Source: Macrostomum lignano (Eukaryota). Taken from it: a stretch of DNA of 64,000 nt. Below the pieces are notes generated by a model. It saw only the letters and a program-made list of their open reading frames with translations. It was not told the DNA's origin and made no database searches. Both the position numbers and the translations under genes were made by a program. How positions within the stretch are numbered: position 1 is the stretch's first letter; each line of letters begins with the position of its first letter. The stretch covers positions 186,001 to 250,000 of the forward strand of contig NIVC01000845.1 in assembly GCA_002269645.1 (NCBI GenBank), written 5' to 3'. This document shows, piece by piece, positions 62,201-64,000 of the stretch.

Positions 62201-63018
62201 GCGGGGCTGAAGTGCATACTCTGCTGTCATTCGAAGTTGCTTAATTACAAGTATTTTTAGAATTCGAAGCTTTCATTTTACAGAACTATAAAGCTGCAAC
62301 TTTAGCATATTACGTATGAGCTAAATTTAGAACTCAAGTGTGCAACTTTAATGATTTAGTACCTAGTCGTCTTTAAACTGTGGTTATGGTTCGCCATCTA
62401 AGTCTAAACAACTTAAAGAAAGTTGCTTCAAATCATTCTCTATACACTTCAATAATCATACTGGATAGTACCCTGTCTGGATACTTTTTGCAATGCTTGA
62501 TATTAGTAGGAGACACTGCTACAAGTTCAGTAACTCACTGTACGATTTCATTACAACCAGTTTGGCTGTACCCAATTAGTGATTACAGATGGCTCTAGTG
62601 CTGCACTGGATTCACGGGGCTGAGACAGACTTATGCGCCTTTTCGAGCTTGTGAAAGAATTATTGCTTTAGTTTCTTTGATGCTCTGCTAATATCCTTAG
62701 CTGTAATTTATTAATCTTAATACTACTGCAAGTGTACTACTGCAAACCTAGAAGCACCAGTAGTGTATTTCTTGCGCTATTGTAAAATAATAATAAAACA
62801 TGTAATGCGGGTTTTTAATGGTAAAATTTTTAATCATACTAAACACGTTGCGATGCTACTTTACAGCTAAATAGCCAAATCCAATTTATTTGCTACCGGC
62901 TTGCCTATAAAATCAATTTTTTTAACATTATCCAAGTTGAAATGCAGAGTATTGCAAGCAGATTCAGTTCCATAGATGAAAAACGCATCAAGCACCACTG
63001 TAAGTAGTATGAGCTTCT

Positions 63019-63606
63019 TTATCTCTTGCGCTTTCTAGTTCCCTGTCCGGATTTAGCAGGAGGCCTCTCAGCTTCGAGCTTCTTCGATTCAACCTCACCA
63101 TCAGCGGCGGCGTCGGCAGGTGTCTCAGTCGATAATGACGCCGGCTTGACCTCATCAACAATGGCGGGCGACTTCAAATGCTGGAATCTGGCCAAGTCTG
63201 CAGCGAACAGGACGGTGTGCGCCCAGCCGGCGTGCGGCTGCCACAGGCTGGGGAAGAAGTCGCTAATTGATTGATAGGCCGACTCGGTCAGGCTCTTTGT
63301 GGAGGCTGGTAGGCCGTACAGGCTGCGAGCGATTCGCATCACGTGCACATCCACTGGCACCAGGTGCAGCTGGTCCAGCGACATCAGGCAGACGCAATCG
63401 GCCACTTTACGGCCAACCCCGGTGAATTCTTTGGTGAGGCAGCGTCGGATCTCGTCTGGCTGCGCCGAGCCGCGCAGGCTGTGCAGCCAATCGGCGCCGC
63501 CCAGGTCGAGCAGCCGCCTGGCGCTCTCGACTACAAATTTGGCGCGATAGCCGAAGCCCAACTCGCGGAGTCGCGGTTCCGCCTCTGGTGAGCACAGGGC
63601 CGACAG
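63019..63606 (-). CDS. ogg1: 8-oxoguanine DNA glycosylase, terminal exon (rest lies beyond the window)
   Basis: Acceptor at 63607-63608. LRELGFGYRAKFV, HhH motif GVGRKVADCVCLMSL with catalytic K, VPVDVHV with catalytic D, AGWAHTVLF, basic tail KRKR. Confidence 0.93.
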   Translation of the reverse strand: MSALCSPEAEPRLRELGFGYRAKFVVESARRLLDLGGADWLHSLRGSAQPDEIRRCLTKEFTGVGRKVADCVCLMSLDQLHLVPVDVHVMRIARSLYGLPASTKSLTESAYQSISDFFPSLWQPHAGWAHTVLFAADLARFQHLKSPAIVDEVKPASLSTETPADAAADGEVESKKLEAERPPAKSGQGTRKRKR

Positions 63607-63649
63607 CTGCAGAGCGGCGGGGCGAGGCGCGAGGCATGCAACAGTGGAG

Positions 63650-64000
63650 CTGTTGGGGTGGTGGGTGCTGCCCTGGATTCCCGGGACTGATGGGGTGGTG
63701 GGTGCTGCTGCCCTGGATTCCCGGGACTGATGATGTGGTGGTGGGTGCTGCTGCCCTGGATTCCCGGGACTGATGGGGTGGTGGGTGCTGCTGCCTTGGA
63801 TTCCCGGGACTGATGATGGGGTGGCAGGTGCTGCTGCCCTGGATTCCCGGGACTGATGATGGGGTGGTAGGTGCTGCTGCCCTGGATTCCCGGGACTGAT
63901 GATGGGGTGGTAGGTGCTGCTGCCCTGGATTCCCGCGACTGATGATGGGGTGGTGGGTGCTGCTGCCCTGGATTCCTGCGACTGATGATGGGGTGGTGGG
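63650..64000. repeat. About 39-42-bp minisatellite in OGG1 intron (GTGCTGCTGCCCTGGATTCCCGGGACTGATGATGGGGTGGTGG)
   Basis: About 9 copies; runs off the right edge. Confidence 0.93.

Noticed and set aside
1-64000. Palindromic hexamers (TCTAGA, CCATGG, CAGCTG, CCCGGG, CATATG) in many repeat units
   Set aside because: A 20-35-bp unit has roughly a one-third to one-half chance of containing some 6-bp palindrome, so no excess is evident.

Overview
Eukaryotic (metazoan) genomic DNA with GC3-rich exons, spliceosomal introns and about 35 distinct micro/minisatellite arrays. The style suggests a free-living flatworm such as Macrostomum, but this is inference and was not tested. Genes rebuilt by hand from splice sites and reading phase: a 9-exon SLC4 Na+-coupled bicarbonate transporter (+, 4078-14435); a 5'-incomplete DM9-repeat protein (-); a compact SPICE1-like centriole protein (-); three tandem small Cys/Ala/Pro-repeat proteins (+); casein kinase I alpha (+, 6 exons); two tandem ubiquitin-like/RBR E3 ligase fusion genes (+, 5 exons each); and the last exon of OGG1 (-). 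Mobile DNA comprises a full-length but disabled mariner, a MITE-like element and two tRNA-derived SINE-like heads. Most long ORFs in the supplied track are translated tandem repeats. Main points of interest: (1) UBL-RBR fusions with a ubiquitin-type di-Gly junction and a half-degenerate RING1; (2) the CAP-repeat protein cluster; (3) intron-specific minisatellites (19 of 28 modelled introns), several apparently built from splice-signal sequence; (4) two GC-AG introns.
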